Notes under the pieces: model-generated
Seen by the model: the letters and a program-made list of their open reading frames with translations, nothing else
Told to the model about the DNA's origin: nothing
Database searches by the model: none
In this document: piece by piece, positions 52,835 through 63,086 of the stretch
How positions within the stretch are numbered: position 1 is the stretch's first letter
How the letters are laid out: each line of letters begins with the position of its first letter
Source of the DNA: an uncultured Bacilli bacterium
GTDB lineage: Bacteria > Bacillota_I > Bacilli_A > RFN20 > CAG-631
Assembly: GCA_947627355.1 (NCBI GenBank)
Contig: CANQVX010000003.1
Coordinates: forward strand, 20,815-84,814
DNA length: 64,000 nucleotides
Reading direction: 5' to 3'
Translations under genes and position numbers: made by a program

Positions 52835-54031
52835 ATGCTTAAAAAAATTATTTATCCTGTTTTATGTAGTTTATTTTTAACGTTAGGTATTTTTGGAATT
52901 TTTAAATATGGTAATACAAATATGATTGTAAAAGATAATATTTTGCCGGTCAATTCGATAGATTTGAATTTAAATTGTAGTTCAAGTTATTTAATAGAAG
53001 AAAGCACTGGTAAAGTCTTATATTCTCAAAATGAACTTGAAAAACTTCATCCGGCAAGTATGACAAAAATGATGGGATTACTTCTTGCTTGTGAAAAAAT
53101 AGATTCTAAAAAAATAAACGTTGATGATATGGTAACTGTTAGTCTAGAAGCTTCCAAAATGGGTGGTTCACAAGTGTTTTTAGAAGCAAATGAACAAATT
53201 AGTGTCAATGATTTACTAAAAAGTATTTGTATCAGTTCAGCAAATGATTCAATGTATGCATTAGGTGAATATGTCGGAACAACTATTGATGAATTCATAA
53301 ACATGATGAATAAAAAATCGAAAGAATTAGGTCTTGAAAACACTAATTTTATTAATGTCACAGGTTTTGATGATGATAATCATTATACTTGTGCTAAAGA
53401 TATGGCAATAATAGCTAAAAACTTATTAAAATACAAAGATATAATCTTACCATATACTAGCATGTATGAAGGATATATAAGAGAAAACACCAATAAACCT
53501 TTTTGGCTAGTTAATACTAATAAATTAGTTCGATTTTATGAAGGACTAGATGGCTTAAAGACTGGCTATACATCTAAATCTGGCTTTTGTTTAACCGCTA
53601 CAGCTATTAGAAATGATGTTCGTTTAATTAGTGTTATCATGAATGCTAAATCAAGTGAAAGTCGTAATGAAATGACTAAATCATTATTAGATTATGGCTT
53701 TAGTAAGATTAGTAAGAAAACAATAAAAAACAAAGATGAAAAAATAACATCAATTAAAATAAAACATGCAAAACAAGAAAAAGTAGACTTATATTTAAAA
53801 GATGATGCTAAGGTTATAATTGATAAAGCAATTGAAAATCCTAAAATTGAAACAAAAGTACAATTATTTGACAATTTACAAGCACCTCTTAAAAAAGATA
53901 GTGTGGTTGCAAAGTTTATAGTAATGGTTGATAGTGATACTTATACTTTTGATTTAATTATCAAAGAAGACATCTTAAAACTAAGCTTTAAAGAATTGTT
54001 CTTAGATAAACTTAAAGATATTCTTGCATAA
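52835..54031 (+). CDS. dacF: D-alanyl-D-alanine carboxypeptidase (S11), DacF
   Basis: PASMTK, SAND, NTNKLVRFY.G.DGLKTG; directly upstream of spoIIA. Confidence 0.92.
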   Translation: MLKKIIYPVLCSLFLTLGIFGIFKYGNTNMIVKDNILPVNSIDLNLNCSSSYLIEESTGKVLYSQNELEKLHPASMTKMMGLLLACEKIDSKKINVDDMVTVSLEASKMGGSQVFLEANEQISVNDLLKSICISSANDSMYALGEYVGTTIDEFINMMNKKSKELGLENTNFINVTGFDDDNHYTCAKDMAIIAKNLLKYKDIILPYTSMYEGYIRENTNKPFWLVNTNKLVRFYEGLDGLKTGYTSKSGFCLTATAIRNDVRLISVIMNAKSSESRNEMTKSLLDYGFSKISKKTIKNKDEKITSIKIKHAKQEKVDLYLKDDAKVIIDKAIENPKIETKVQLFDNLQAPLKKDSVVAKFIVMVDSDTYTFDLIIKEDILKLSFKELFLDKLKDILA

Positions 54032-54101
54032 TAAAATCTCTCGATAGAAACGTGAAAATTAGCGCATATTATAGCGCTTTTTTTCTAGTTTTTTCTAGTT
54101 T

Positions 54102-54108
54102 TGTCGAA
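54102..54108 (+). promoter_or_regulatory. Spo0A box upstream of spoIIAA
   Basis: Exact TGTCGAA in the short intergenic region before spoIIAA, a known Spo0A-activated operon. Confidence 0.6.
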
Positions 54109-54145
54109 ACTAAACATTTTTTAAAAAAAGAGTGTAAGATTTTAT

Positions 54146-54514
54146 ATGCGGGGTGATAGAGTGACCAAAAAAATAGCCTTTAAAGTTAATGATGGATTTC
54201 TAGTTATTAAAATTGATGGAGATTTAGATAATTTAGCTACGTTTCAATATAAAACGAAACTAACTGAAATTATTAAAATCAATCAATTTAAACAAGTAGT
54301 TATTGATTTATCAAATGTCACATTTATTGATAGTAGTGGTATTGGATTAGTTCTTGGTAGATATAATCAAGTAACTAATTATGGTGGTCATTTAATTTTA
54401 TGTGGTATTAATAAACAAATTAAAAAAACCATTCAAATATCAGGAATTGCTAGTATTATTGATGTCTATGAAGATAGTTTTGAACAATTAAAGAATAGTG
54501 AGGTTTTATTATGA
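54146..54514 (+). CDS. spoIIAA: Anti-sigma F factor antagonist
   Basis: STAS domain, GDLD, FIDSSGIGLVLGRY; start may be GTG 54161. Confidence 0.94.
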   Translation: MRGDRVTKKIAFKVNDGFLVIKIDGDLDNLATFQYKTKLTEIIKINQFKQVVIDLSNVTFIDSSGIGLVLGRYNQVTNYGGHLILCGINKQIKKTIQISGIASIIDVYEDSFEQLKNSEVLL

Positions 54515-54960
54515 ATAAATTAGAAATAAAAGTTTCAGCCATGCTTGAAAATGAAGGCGTTGTAAGAAACGCTATTGCATCTTTTGTAAGCAGTTATAAT
54601 CCAACTTTAGAAGAAATAATTGATATCAAAACGATACTATCTGAAGCTATTTCCAATGCTATAATTCATGGCTATGACTACGATAAGACTAAAGATGTTT
54701 ATGTTAAAGCTAGTATTGAAGATAATCGACTAGAATTAATTGTTCAAGATTATGGAAAAGGTATAGAAAACATAAATGAAGCCATGCAAAACAATTTTAC
54801 TAGCAAAAAAGATAGTGAAAAAACCGGCATTGGCTTTACAATTATGAAATCATTAAGTGATCATTTTGAAATTCAATCATCAATAAATGTAGGAACCAAA
54901 TTAAAAATAACAAAAATCTTACAAACGGATGAAATCCAGGCAAATTCCTATGAGAGATGA
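54511..54960 (+). CDS. spoIIAB: Anti-sigma F factor / kinase
   Basis: ENE..VR, PTLEEI.DIKT.LSEA.SNAIIHGY, D.GKGI, G.GFTIM. Confidence 0.96.
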   Translation: MNKLEIKVSAMLENEGVVRNAIASFVSSYNPTLEEIIDIKTILSEAISNAIIHGYDYDKTKDVYVKASIEDNRLELIVQDYGKGIENINEAMQNNFTSKKDSEKTGIGFTIMKSLSDHFEIQSSINVGTKLKITKILQTDEIQANSYER

Positions 54961-55666
54961 GTTATTCGAAACATTAATTAGTAAAGCACAACAAGGAGAT
55001 AAAGAAGCAAAAGATAGTTTAGTTATGAATAATCTATCACTTGTCTGGTCGATTGTTCATCGTTTCAATACACCACTTTATGATAAAGAAGATATTTTTC
55101 AAATCGGTTGTATTGGTTTAATAAAAGCTATTAACAAATTTGATTTAAATTATGATGTTCAATTTTCAACTTATGCAGTACCTATTATAATTGGTGAAAT
55201 AAAACGTTATTTTCGTGATGATGGAGCGATAAAAGTTTCTAGATCACTTAAAGAATTAAACGTTAAAATCAATCAAATAAGTGAAAAATACTTAAGTGAA
55301 TATCAAAGACCTATAACAATAAATGAACTAAGTAATATTTTAAAAGTTCCAACTTCAGAGATAGTTTTAGCTATGGATTCTAAATATTATCCAACCTCAT
55401 TATCTGAACCAATATATGAAAAAGATGGTTCAACTATTTGTATTGAAGATCGAATAGAAGATGTAAGTAATTATTCATTCATTGATAAAATAACTTTACA
55501 AGAAAGCATTAAAAAATTGGATAAAAAAGAACAATTGTTGATTCAACTAAGATACTATAAAGATATGAATCAAGATCAAATTGCTAAAGTTTTTAATGTT
55601 TCACAAGTACAAATATCAAGAATGGAAAAAAAGATAATAGAAAAACTAAAAAAACAATTTATTTAA
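54950..55666 (+). CDS. sigF: Sporulation sigma factor F
   Basis: LVWSIVHRF, FQIGCIGLIKAI.KFD, FSTYAVP.IIGEIKR.FRDDG.IKVSRSLKE, SQVQISR.EK; spoIIA synteny. Start is either 54929 or 54950. Confidence 0.96.
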   Translation: MRDELFETLISKAQQGDKEAKDSLVMNNLSLVWSIVHRFNTPLYDKEDIFQIGCIGLIKAINKFDLNYDVQFSTYAVPIIIGEIKRYFRDDGAIKVSRSLKELNVKINQISEKYLSEYQRPITINELSNILKVPTSEIVLAMDSKYYPTSLSEPIYEKDGSTICIEDRIEDVSNYSFIDKITLQESIKKLDKKEQLLIQLRYYKDMNQDQIAKVFNVSQVQISRMEKKIIEKLKKQFI

Positions 55667-55703
55667 ACAAGGCATCATTTATAAAAAATGATGTTTTTGT
55701 TTT
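55665..55703 (+). terminator. Terminator after sigF
   Basis: AAACAAGGCATCATTT...AAATGATGTTTTTGTTT. Confidence 0.65.
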
Positions 55704-55736
55704 AAAAACAAATATTTGTCGATAATAAAATAGAAG

Positions 55737-56195
55737 GTGATGCATTTGATTTTAAAAAGCAAAAAAATTGAAAATACAATTAAAGAAAATGGTAAGAAAA
55801 GACAAAAATTATTACACATTTTTAAAGCGTTTTTGGTTGGTGGTTCCATAGGAATGATAGGACAAGGATTATATGAGCTATATTTTAATGTTTGTAAGTT
55901 ATCAAAAGATAATTCATTGCTTTTAGTAAGCCTTACTTTAGTCTTTTTAGGTGTTTTAATGACTTCGTTTTGTATTTTTGATAATCTTGCAAAACATGGA
56001 GGTGCTGGAAGTTTTATACCTATTGTTGGTTTTGCTAATGCAATGACTAGTAGTGCAATGGAAGGAAAAAGTGAAGGACCAATATTTGGGGTTGGAGCAA
56101 AAATATTTTCATTAGTTGGTAGTGTCTTTGCTTATGGCATTGTTGCAACTTATATTTGTGGTCTTATTTATTATCTATTCAAGGTGGTCATATGA
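55737..56195 (+). CDS. spoVAC: Stage V sporulation protein AC
   Basis: KAFLVGG.I..IGQ, GAGS.IPI.GFAN, E.KSEG...GVG.KIF...GSV. Confidence 0.93.
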   Translation: MMHLILKSKKIENTIKENGKKRQKLLHIFKAFLVGGSIGMIGQGLYELYFNVCKLSKDNSLLLVSLTLVFLGVLMTSFCIFDNLAKHGGAGSFIPIVGFANAMTSSAMEGKSEGPIFGVGAKIFSLVGSVFAYGIVATYICGLIYYLFKVVI

Positions 56196-57196
56196 AAAGT
56201 CAAACAGTTAAGGTAAACAATGTTTTTATCGATTCTATCGGCATAATTGTCGGTAAAAAGGAAAAAGAAGGACCACTAGGTAAATATTTTAAGAATCATA
56301 TTAAAGATAGTTATTTCAACCAATCCTCATTTGAACTTGCTCAAAAAGAATTATCAAATCAAGCTATCAAATTAGCAATAAGTAAATCAAGATATGAAAG
56401 TAAAGATATCGAAATTGCTTTTGGTGGTGATTTATCTAATCAAATATTTGTATCAACCTCATCAATAAATGATTATTATTTCCCTTACATTGGTGTCTAT
56501 GCTGCTTGTGCATCTTTTAATTTATCATTAATTCTTGGTTGTATTTATATTGATAATCAGTTAACTAATAATGCTTTATGTTTTACTTCAAGTCATCTAG
56601 GAGTATCGGAAAAGCAATTTCGTTATCCAAATGAATATGGAATTCAAAAAAGTTCAACAAATACCACAACAACGACTGGTGGAGTAGCAGTTATTTTAAA
56701 AAATAAAAAAGATAAAGTAAAAATAAGTGCATTTAGTCTAGGTAGAATTGTTGATGTTCAATCAAAAAATGTAAATGATATGGGTACTTGTATGGCTTAT
56801 GCAGCAATTGATACTTTTAAAGTTCATTTAAAAAACATGAATCGAAAAATTGCTGATTATGACAAAATTGTCACAGGTGATTTATCATTATATGGTAGTA
56901 AAGTGTTTCATGATGAATTATTATCTGAAAACTATGATTTGACCGGTAAATATGATGATTGTGGACTAATGATTTATGACTTAAAGAAACAAGATGTTAA
57001 TGCTGGTGGAAGTGGGCCTAGCTGTGTTGGACTTGTTACATTTAGTTATTTTATAAATAAACTTATCAAAAGAGAATATAAACGAATTTTAATAATAGCA
57101 ACAGGTGCTTTGCATTCACAAATATCATCTCAACAAAAACAAAGCATTCCTTGTATTGCGCATGCTATTGAAATGGAGGTTAATTATGATTATTAG
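56192..57196 (+). CDS. spoVAD: Stage V sporulation protein AD (DPA-binding)
   Basis: GKKE.EGPLG, GDL.NQ, EKQFRYP.EYG.Q, TGDL, AGGSG, IPCIAHA. Confidence 0.96.
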   Translation: MKSQTVKVNNVFIDSIGIIVGKKEKEGPLGKYFKNHIKDSYFNQSSFELAQKELSNQAIKLAISKSRYESKDIEIAFGGDLSNQIFVSTSSINDYYFPYIGVYAACASFNLSLILGCIYIDNQLTNNALCFTSSHLGVSEKQFRYPNEYGIQKSSTNTTTTTGGVAVILKNKKDKVKISAFSLGRIVDVQSKNVNDMGTCMAYAAIDTFKVHLKNMNRKIADYDKIVTGDLSLYGSKVFHDELLSENYDLTGKYDDCGLMIYDLKKQDVNAGGSGPSCVGLVTFSYFINKLIKREYKRILIIATGALHSQISSQQKQSIPCIAHAIEMEVNYDY

Positions 57197-57542
57197 AGCA
57201 TTACTAGCTTTTTTAATAAGCGGTATTATATGTGTTATTGCACAAATAATTATTGATAACACAAAGTTGACGCCTGGTCATGTTACTTCTATTTTTGTGG
57301 TTTCAGGTGTTATTTTAGAGTTTTTTGATTTATATAAATACATTAGAAAGATTGGCTATATGGGAGCAAGTATTCCAATTTGTAATTTTGGTTCACTTAT
57401 GATGAAAGGAGTAAAGATGTTAGTTAAAACTCAAGGATTACTTGGTATTGTAAATGGTGTCTTTTATATAACTGGTGGTGTTATTACTTTTTGTGTCTTT
57501 CTATCGTTAATTGTAGTTGTGTTTACTAGGGCAAAATCATGA
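57186..57542 (+). CDS. spoVAE: Stage V sporulation protein AE(b)
   Basis: AFLISG.IC.IAQIIID.TKLTP, GASIPI.NFG; ATG 57186 after GGAGG. Confidence 0.92.
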   Translation: MIIRALLAFLISGIICVIAQIIIDNTKLTPGHVTSIFVVSGVILEFFDLYKYIRKIGYMGASIPICNFGSLMMKGVKMLVKTQGLLGIVNGVFYITGGVITFCVFLSLIVVVFTRAKS

Positions 57543-58910
57543 ATCTATCGACAAATTTTATCAATATGAGCGACAAAACACTAGCATTAAGACTAGGCTA
57601 TGGAATTAATTTTGATGTCGTTAGAAAACAAATAAAAGTAAACAACAGAACATTGGTTTTTTATTACCTTTCAACACTTACTGATGCTACAAGCATAAAT
57701 GAAATTCTAGAAAACATCTTCATCGATGATTTTATTTGTAATGGTTCTGTTTCTTTTAGTGAAGATATTAATCAAATTGAAACTAGTATTAATGCTGGAA
57801 TGCTTGCTATCTTAAACTATAAAGACCATAGATATATTGTTGTTGATATAAGAAACTATCCAAATCGTAGTCCTAGTGAACCTGAAAATGAAAAATCAAT
57901 AAAAGGTTCACATGATGGTTTTAGTGAACATATGATAACTAATACTGCCTTGATTCGTAGAAGAATTAAAAGTCGTGACTTTCGTTGTGAACTAATGCAA
58001 ATTGGTGAATTATCTAAAACTTATGTGAATCTTTATTACATGGGAAATAGAATTAACAAAAGACTTTATCATGAAGTTAAAGAAAAACTTAAAAAGATTG
58101 ATATCGATAGTTTAGTTATGACAGATCATGCTTTAGCTGAGATTTTATTTAAACAAACTTTTAATGTTTTTCCTGTTGTTAGATTTACTGAACGACCTGA
58201 TGTCGCGGCAATTCATATCTTAAAAGGCTATCTAATAATTATGATTGATACCTCTCCTGGTGCTATTATTGTTCCAACCAACTTTTTTGAACTATTACAA
58301 CAACCTATGGAATATCATTTTTCACCAATTATATCCTCATTTGGTCGGTTACTTCGTTACTTTAGTATCTTAATTGGTTTATTCTTAGTTCCTATTTGGT
58401 TTGTAAGTGCATCTGATCCCTAGTTTTAGTTCAAAACTACTTGTTTTAAATGAACAAGTTTCTAGAAATGAATTATTCATACAAATTTTGATTGTCCAGT
58501 TGTTTCTATCATTTATAAGACTTGCTAGTTTTAATACTCCTGGACTTCTATCAACATCAATGAGTTTAGCAGCAACTATTATATTAAGTGAAGTCGCAGC
58601 AACAATTGGTTTAGTTAGAGGAGAAGTTGTCTTTTATTGCGCACTAAGTAGTTTATCAGTCTATGGAATACCTAGTTTTGAAGTAAGTAGAGCTGTTACT
58701 TTATGGAACTTTTTGTTTATTGTAGCCATTGGTTTGTTTAATAAAATTGGCTTTATTGTTGCAAGTTTTGTTTTATTTATAACTCTTATTAGTATTAACA
58801 ATTTTGGCAGTGCTTATTTATACCCATTTTTACCATTTAATTTCAAGGATTTTCTTAAAACAATTGTCAGAGTTTCAGCCGATAGTAAATATGCGACAAA
58901 AGTAAAATAA
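57539..58910 (+). pseudogene. spoVAF: SpoVAF (GerA-family) gene split into two frames at 58418-58423
   Basis: R.YP.R...EPE.EK.IKGSHDGF.E, NTALIRRRI, RFTERPD in the first ORF; R.AS..TP..LST, PSFE, YLYPF.PF in the second. One extra base separates the frames. Confidence 0.85.
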
Positions 58911-58967
58911 GCCATTGACTTTATATTTAAAATGGTATTAAAATACCATTTGTGGCAGGTGAACTTT

Positions 58968-60224
58968 ATGAAAAAAATAAAGGTTGCAATTATCGGTTAT
59001 GGCAATCGTGGAATGATTTATGGCTCCTTTATTCAAGAAAGAATGGACCAATTCCAAGTTGTCGCTGTAGTTGAATTTATAAAGGACAAATTAGCTAAAG
59101 CCAAGAATGATTTTAACCTTAATGATAATCAACTTTATCAAGATGCTGATGCATTCTTTAAAGATAAATTAAAGGTTGATTTGTTAATTGTTTCATCAAT
59201 GGATAAATACCATTATTTACAAACGGTCACAGCCCTAAATCAAAACATGAATGTATTACTAGAAAAGCCTATAGCTTTAACCTTAAATGAATGTAATACC
59301 ATTGCTGATTTAGCAAAACAAAAAAAGAAATACGTTGTTGTTTGTCACGTTTTAAGATATTCAAGTTTTTATTGTAAAATTAAAGAATTAATCGAAAATG
59401 GTCGAGTTGGTGAAGTAGTTCATATAAACCAAGCAGAAAACGTTGGTTATTGGCATCAAGCTCATAGTTATGTTCGTGGTAATTGGCGTAAAAAAGAAGA
59501 AACAGGGCCAATGATTTTAGCTAAATGTAGTCATGATTTAGATATCCTATATTGGCTTATCAATAAACCTTGTGTTCGTTTAAGTTCATTTGGCAGTTTA
59601 AAGCATTTCAAAAAAGAAAATCAACCAAAAGGTGCTGCTTCAAGATGTTTTGATTGTATTAAAAAAGAAGATTGTCCATTTAATTGTTACAATTTCTATT
59701 TAAAAGATGGAAGAGAATGGGCAAGACAACTTGTTGGTGATGATTTAAGTGATGAAAACATCAAAGTTTTTTTAAAAACAAGCGATTATGGCAAATGTGT
59801 TTATGAATGCGATAATGATGTTGTTGATCATCAAGTTGTAAATATGGAATTTGAAGGTAATGTTACTGCGTCATTATCAATGGAAGCCTTTAGCCGTTAT
59901 TGTTATCGAGAAATTCATGTTTATGGAACTAAAGGTGACATCACTGGAGATTTTGAAAAAAGAATTATAACTTTAAATGATTATATCAATGGTCAAGAAG
60001 TAATCGATTTAAACGAAATAACTGATGATTTTTCAGGGCATGGTGGTGGCGATAAAGTTATGTTTTTTGAATTTGTTGACTTGTTAGTTAATAAACGTAA
60101 AGCTAAAAACTTAACTTTAATTGAAGATTCAATTATGAGTCATGTAATGGCCTTTGCTAGTGAAAAATCTCGTTTAAACAAAGGCGAAGTTGTTGAAATA
60201 GAACAAAAAAATAAGATGGCATAA
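58968..60224 (+). CDS. Gfo/Idh/MocA family oxidoreductase
   Basis: IIGYGNRG, LLEKP, CHVLRY, HSYVRGNW, LAKCSHD, GHGGGD. Confidence 0.92.
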   Translation: MKKIKVAIIGYGNRGMIYGSFIQERMDQFQVVAVVEFIKDKLAKAKNDFNLNDNQLYQDADAFFKDKLKVDLLIVSSMDKYHYLQTVTALNQNMNVLLEKPIALTLNECNTIADLAKQKKKYVVVCHVLRYSSFYCKIKELIENGRVGEVVHINQAENVGYWHQAHSYVRGNWRKKEETGPMILAKCSHDLDILYWLINKPCVRLSSFGSLKHFKKENQPKGAASRCFDCIKKEDCPFNCYNFYLKDGREWARQLVGDDLSDENIKVFLKTSDYGKCVYECDNDVVDHQVVNMEFEGNVTASLSMEAFSRYCYREIHVYGTKGDITGDFEKRIITLNDYINGQEVIDLNEITDDFSGHGGGDKVMFFEFVDLLVNKRKAKNLTLIEDSIMSHVMAFASEKSRLNKGEVVEIEQKNKMA

Positions 60225-60236
60225 GCCATCTTTTTT
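60213..60236. terminator. Terminator between convergent genes
   Basis: AAGATGGC-ATAA-GCCATCTTTTTT. Confidence 0.8.
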
Positions 60237-60254
60237 ATCGGTAAAATCGATAAT

Positions 60255-60896
60255 TTAATGATAAATCTTATCAGTTTTTAAATACTTGTAAAAAATAATT
60301 TCAAATATAATACTACCAATTAAATAACAACCTAGTGTGATAACAAGTTGTAAAGCAAAATTATCAAATCTAATTCTAACAAAAGTATCTAAAGTTAATG
60401 AACTATGAAGTGTTGATAAATTGGTAGGATAAGTAATGATTATGCTAACAACAACAATGGTAAGTAAGTTAAATATCTTTTTGAAATGAACTATATCTGA
60501 CAATTGAAATTTTGTTTCTTTTGAAAAACATGTTCTAAAGCTTTCAAATGTTAAGAGTAATAATGTTCCGATACCAAGTGCGATAAAAAACATACTAAGA
60601 ATCGAATAAAAGCGATTACTTTCTAGTTTTTCAATGAATAAATATCTAAATCCATTCAAGATTAAATAAATACCACAAGCAATAATTCCTACTAGATAGA
60701 GCCATTTAATGGTCTTAGATTGTAGTTGCCTAAAACTATTAAAAAAGGCATAGATAGGAATAAAGATGCTAATGCAAATAAGTCCAATCGTATAATCTCT
60801 ATCACAGTTTTTACAATAATATGCCATTAGTAGAATAAAAGTAATTGCAAAAATTGCTACAAATAATTCACTAAAAGCTTTTAAAAATCGTTTCAT
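60255..60896 (-). CDS. Hypothetical integral membrane protein
   Basis: About six hydrophobic segments; no recognised motif. Confidence 0.65.
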   Translation of the reverse strand: MKRFLKAFSELFVAIFAITFILLMAYYCKNCDRDYTIGLICISIFIPIYAFFNSFRQLQSKTIKWLYLVGIIACGIYLILNGFRYLFIEKLESNRFYSILSMFFIALGIGTLLLLTFESFRTCFSKETKFQLSDIVHFKKIFNLLTIVVVSIIITYPTNLSTLHSSLTLDTFVRIRFDNFALQLVITLGCYLIGSIIFEIIFYKYLKTDKIYH

Positions 60897-61013
60897 TTTT
60901 ACCACCACTTATATATTAAAACAAAAATCAAAATAAATCTAGAAAAACGACGACTTAACTTTTTAATTTTTATTGAAATATCCCACTAAAATGATATAAT
61001 CATTTTATGGGAG

Positions 61014-61586
61014 ATGAAATTGATGAAAGGCATAATTATCTTAGCTGATGGTTTTGAAGATACTGAAGCTTTAACAACAATTGATATTTTAAGAAGAGCT
61101 AAAATTCAAATTGAAATGGTGTCACTTAAAAATGAACTTCAAGTTTTAACTAGTCATGGTATTAATGTTATTTGTGAAAAACTTATAAAAAATGTTAATT
61201 TAGATGACTATGATTTTTTAGTAATTCCAGGTGGTGCTGCTATCTTTAAACATTTAAGTAAAATGCCTGAAGTTGATAATATAATTCATCATTTTATGCA
61301 TAAAAATCAATTGGTTAGTTGTATTTGTGCTGCTCCTATGCTTCTTGGTAAACTTGGTTATTTAGAAAATAAAGACTACGTTTGCTTTAGTGGTTGTGAA
61401 GATGATTCATTTAAAGGAAATTATAAAAATGAACTAGGTGTTGTAAAAACTAGTAATATCATAACTGCAAAATCAATGTTTTATACGATAGATTTTGCTT
61501 TGGCTATTGTTGAATTTTTAATTGGTAAAGACATAGCTTTACAAGTTAAAAAAGAAATCATGTCAGATTTTAACGAGGAGGAATAA
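61014..61586 (+). CDS. DJ-1/PfpI (YajL-like) protein
   Basis: GFEDTEA...DILRRA, IPGG, ICAAP. Confidence 0.93.
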   Translation: MKLMKGIIILADGFEDTEALTTIDILRRAKIQIEMVSLKNELQVLTSHGINVICEKLIKNVNLDDYDFLVIPGGAAIFKHLSKMPEVDNIIHHFMHKNQLVSCICAAPMLLGKLGYLENKDYVCFSGCEDDSFKGNYKNELGVVKTSNIITAKSMFYTIDFALAIVEFLIGKDIALQVKKEIMSDFNEEE

Positions 61587-61588
61587 TC

Positions 61589-63085
61589 ATGCAAATTTAT
61601 CTGTTAATTAAATCATTACTTGAATATGGAATCGATAAAAAGGTCCTTAACAAGTATGATTACGAATATGCTTTAAATGCTTTACTTGCTTGTTTTAATC
61701 TAACAGAATATGAAGAAGTTGATGATTTAGAGCCATTACTTACCGATTTAGATGAAATATTAGATGGCATGTTAAATTATGCTATTGATAATAAATTAAT
61801 CGATAATTCAATCATTGAAAAAGATTTACTTGATACTAAAATCATGGGTTGTATCACACCTATGCCATCAATTATTGCTCAAAAGTTTCATACATTAGCT
61901 AAATCTAATCCTGAAAAAGCTTTAAATTATTTTTATAATCTATGCAAAGATGTTAACTATATTCGTACAAGTAGAATAAAAAAAGACATCCATTATAAAT
62001 ATCCATATGAAGCAGGTACATTAGATATTTCAATCAACTTATCTAAACCTGAAAAAGATCCAAATGATATACAAAAATTATTATCCACGCAATCAGTTAA
62101 TTATCCTAAATGCATGTTATGTAAAGAAAATGTCAACTATGCAGGTCGATTAAATTTTCCAGCAAGACAAAACTTAAGATATATTCCATTAGTTTTAAAC
62201 AACAACGAATTTTATTTACAATATTCACCATATAGCTACTATAACGAACATGCCATTGTTTTTAGTAAAGAACATAAACCAATGTTAGTTGATAGAAATG
62301 CTATTGCTGAATTACTAGATTTTGTAAATCAATTTCCAACTTATTTTATGGGTAGTAATGCTGGCCTTCCAATTGTTGGTGGTTCAATTTTAAATCACCA
62401 CCATTTCCAAGGTGGAAAAGCAATCCTACCTATGGAAAATGCTAAAGAAGAATTCATATTTAAACAAAATGATGTTTCTTATTATGCTTTAAATTGGCCA
62501 GTATCTGTTATTCGTTTAAAGAGTGATAGCAAAGACAAAATCTTAGATGAAGCTAGTTATGTCTTTGATTGTTGGAAACAATATTCCAATCCAAGTTTAA
62601 TGATTATTAATCATGATGAAAACGGAAACCATAATGCTATCACAGTTATTGCTAGAAAAAAAGATAACATGTTTGAATTAGATTTGTGTCTTAGAAATAA
62701 CATAACAACTGAAGATAGACCACTTGGATATTTCCATCCACGTAGTGAATATTTCCACATTAAAAAAGAAAACATTGGCCTAATTGAAGTTATGGGTCTT
62801 GCTATCTTACCTTCAAGACTTGTTGAAGAAATGAAAGTTGTAAGAAAATATTTATTAGGTGAACTACTATCTGATCATGAAATCACTGCTATGAGTCATC
62901 ACTTTGATTGGGCAACAGATTTGAAACTAAAACAAGAAATAACTCCTGATAATGTTGATAAAGTTATAGCAAATGGAATTGGTGAAGTATTTAGTCATGT
63001 GTTAGAAGATTGTGGGGTATTTAAAAAAGAAAACCACACTCAATTTATAGATTTTATAAAATCAATGAAAAAGGAGAATGATTAA
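61589..63085 (+). CDS. galT: UDP-glucose--hexose-1-phosphate uridylyltransferase (Gram-positive type)
   Basis: INLSKPEKDP, YPKC.LC.EN, QYSPY.YYNEH, LPIVGGSIL.H.HFQGG, HIKKENIGLIEVMG. Confidence 0.95.
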   Translation: MQIYLLIKSLLEYGIDKKVLNKYDYEYALNALLACFNLTEYEEVDDLEPLLTDLDEILDGMLNYAIDNKLIDNSIIEKDLLDTKIMGCITPMPSIIAQKFHTLAKSNPEKALNYFYNLCKDVNYIRTSRIKKDIHYKYPYEAGTLDISINLSKPEKDPNDIQKLLSTQSVNYPKCMLCKENVNYAGRLNFPARQNLRYIPLVLNNNEFYLQYSPYSYYNEHAIVFSKEHKPMLVDRNAIAELLDFVNQFPTYFMGSNAGLPIVGGSILNHHHFQGGKAILPMENAKEEFIFKQNDVSYYALNWPVSVIRLKSDSKDKILDEASYVFDCWKQYSNPSLMIINHDENGNHNAITVIARKKDNMFELDLCLRNNITTEDRPLGYFHPRSEYFHIKKENIGLIEVMGLAILPSRLVEEMKVVRKYLLGELLSDHEITAMSHHFDWATDLKLKQEITPDNVDKVIANGIGEVFSHVLEDCGVFKKENHTQFIDFIKSMKKEND

Positions 63086-63086
63086 C

